Shown piece by piece: positions 62,557-64,000 of a stretch of DNA of 64,000 nt. A program made the position numbers and the translations under genes. A model generated the notes under the pieces. That model searched no databases and had not been told where the DNA came from. It was given only the letters and a program-made list of their open reading frames with translations. Position 1 is the first letter of the stretch. Each line of letters opens with the position of its first letter. This DNA comes from Bacteroidota bacterium (GTDB lineage: Bacteria > Bacteroidota > Bacteroidia > Bacteroidales > ML635J-15), in assembly GCA_029564465.1 (NCBI GenBank), contig JAKQPY010000062.1, positions 4,230 to 68,229 of the forward strand, written 5' to 3'.

Positions 62557-64000
62557 ATGACAACAACCAGCCCTTTCGAAATGTCATTAAAAAGAAAAAA
62601 CCGGTTAATTAAACTGAGTTTCGTTTTAAGCTTACTTATTTTCATGGTAAGCCCCCACGTGTCGCATAGCCAAACTACGGTACAAATCGGAAGTGGATCG
62701 AATGAAGACTATTACTTCCCCATATTGAGTTGTTATGGTTACAATTACTCACAACAAATATATCTGGCCAGCGAAATTACAGCAGGCGGAGGTAGCCCGG
62801 GAATGGAAATTAACACGCTCCGGTTTTATTACAGATACGGAGGCGAAGATTTTTCAACATGGCAGGACTGGACCATATATTTAGGAAACACTACTCAGTC
62901 AGGCTTTACCGACAATAGCAACTGGATACCAATCAGTACAATGACACAGGTTTTCAATGGCCAAATAGGAAGTCTCACCGGATATAGCTGGATGGAAATT
63001 ACCCTGGCCACCCCTTTTGTTTACACAGGCGATAATATTGTTGTTGCCATTGATGAAAACACACCCTACTGGAGCTGCACTGCTCTATGGAGTGTGTTTG
63101 ACTCAGGCTCAGGAAGGGGCTTGTTGTATTATGATGATTATAATAATCCGGACCCCAACGCTCCGCCTGCGGCAAACTACGGTCCCTCCGCAAATATATC
63201 ACAAATACAGTTTGTGGCAGGCACAGCTTCTTGTCTGACGCCCACCGCATTGACTTTTTCTGATATTACAACCAACTCGGCAGTTATCAACTGGACAGCT
63301 TCTGCATCGAATCCCACCGAGGGTTACGACATCTACTACAGCACCTCAGTATCAGTTCCAAATGCAGCCACAACGCCATCGGCATCGGTTGCATCCGGTG
63401 CGACAAGTTATAATCTGACCGGTCTCAGTGCTGCTACAAATTACTATGTCTGGGTTCGGGCAAACTGCGGCGCCGGGGATCTAAGTGCCTGGTCTACACC
63501 CGTTTCTTTCACAACCATATCTTGCTACGAAGCCGACAAATGTAATTTCACATTCAACCTGTATGATTCCTACGGTGATGGCTGGAATGGAAACAGCATC
63601 GACATAATTCAAGCCGGGTCTTTTGTTCAGAATTTAACCTTAGGTGGGGGTAGCTCTGGTTCATTTACCGTAGCTCTTTGTCCCAACCTGAATACCAATA
63701 TCGTATTCCATACGGGAGACTGGATTGAAGAAGCGTCATTCGAAATACTTACCCCCTGGGGCGAGTCCATTTATTACGGTGGCGGGTTTTCGGTATATTC
63801 CAATAATCAGGTTGTTTACAACTGGATAACAGAGTGTGTGCCTCCTACCTGCCCAAAAGTTACCAATGTCACAGGCAATTCCATTACCAACCATACGGCC
63901 CAAATTACATGGAACGAAACAGGAACAGCAAGTCTTTGGGATATTATTTATGGGTACAATGGGTTTGACCTGAATACCGATGGTGTTTTGGTACAGGGAC
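62557..64000 (+). CDS. Large exported fibronectin type III repeat protein (probable T9SS cargo); runs off window
   Basis: Frame from ATG 62557 (alternative 62581) appears open to the window end. Signal peptide, YSQQIYLASE domain, FN3 (CLTPTALT..INW..YDIYY..LTGLSAATNYYVWVRANC), DSYGDGWNG module, second FN3. Not in ORF track. Confidence 0.85.
   Translation, partial: MTTTSPFEMSLKRKNRLIKLSFVLSLLIFMVSPHVSHSQTTVQIGSGSNEDYYFPILSCYGYNYSQQIYLASEITAGGGSPGMEINTLRFYYRYGGEDFSTWQDWTIYLGNTTQSGFTDNSNWIPISTMTQVFNGQIGSLTGYSWMEITLATPFVYTGDNIVVAIDENTPYWSCTALWSVFDSGSGRGLLYYDDYNNPDPNAPPAANYGPSANISQIQFVAGTASCLTPTALTFSDITTNSAVINWTASASNPTEGYDIYYSTSVSVPNAATTPSASVASGATSYNLTGLSAATNYYVWVRANCGAGDLSAWSTPVSFTTISCYEADKCNFTFNLYDSYGDGWNGNSIDIIQAGSFVQNLTLGGGSSGSFTVALCPNLNTNIVFHTGDWIEEASFEILTPWGESIYYGGGFSVYSNNQVVYNWITECVPPTCPKVTNVTGNSITNHTAQITWNETGTASLWDIIYGYNGFDLNTDGVLVQG

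Overview
This is a gene-dense, mostly core-genome window from a Bacteroidota bacterium, probably Bacteroidia/Bacteroidales. The placement rests on TAnnTTTG promoters, gene order, and gldA/PorG-type T9SS markers. 1-14.7 kb (minus strand) holds the conserved rpsU-xerC-hpf-tRNA(Thr,Tyr,Gly,Thr)-tuf-tRNA(Trp)-secE-nusG-rplKAJL-rpoBC-DUF3467 block. 14.8-44 kb is mixed housekeeping and accessory genes: glmM, a nuclease pair, a cyclophilin, miaB, pepP, ispG, gldA, a UbiD/MqnL decarboxylase, mutL plus two rhomboids, recX, GH3 and pdxJ. 44-54 kb is an outer-membrane biogenesis locus: a single-POTRA Omp85, nadK, two DUF6089/PorG barrels, uppS, bamA, two skp and murI. The end carries aroK, parC, parE, lptB and the start of a large FN3 surface protein that the ORF track missed. 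I saw no mobile element, prophage, CRISPR array or rRNA. The best candidate for something new is a two-gene operon at 26979-29320: an extended SDR fused to a C-terminal zinc ribbon, followed by a close homologue of steroid 5-alpha-reductase, with no 5-beta-reductase partner nearby. The next best candidates are the second Omp85 in the bamA locus and a Shine-Dalgarno site on hpf rather than rpsU. All calls come from reading motifs by eye; no database searches were run.
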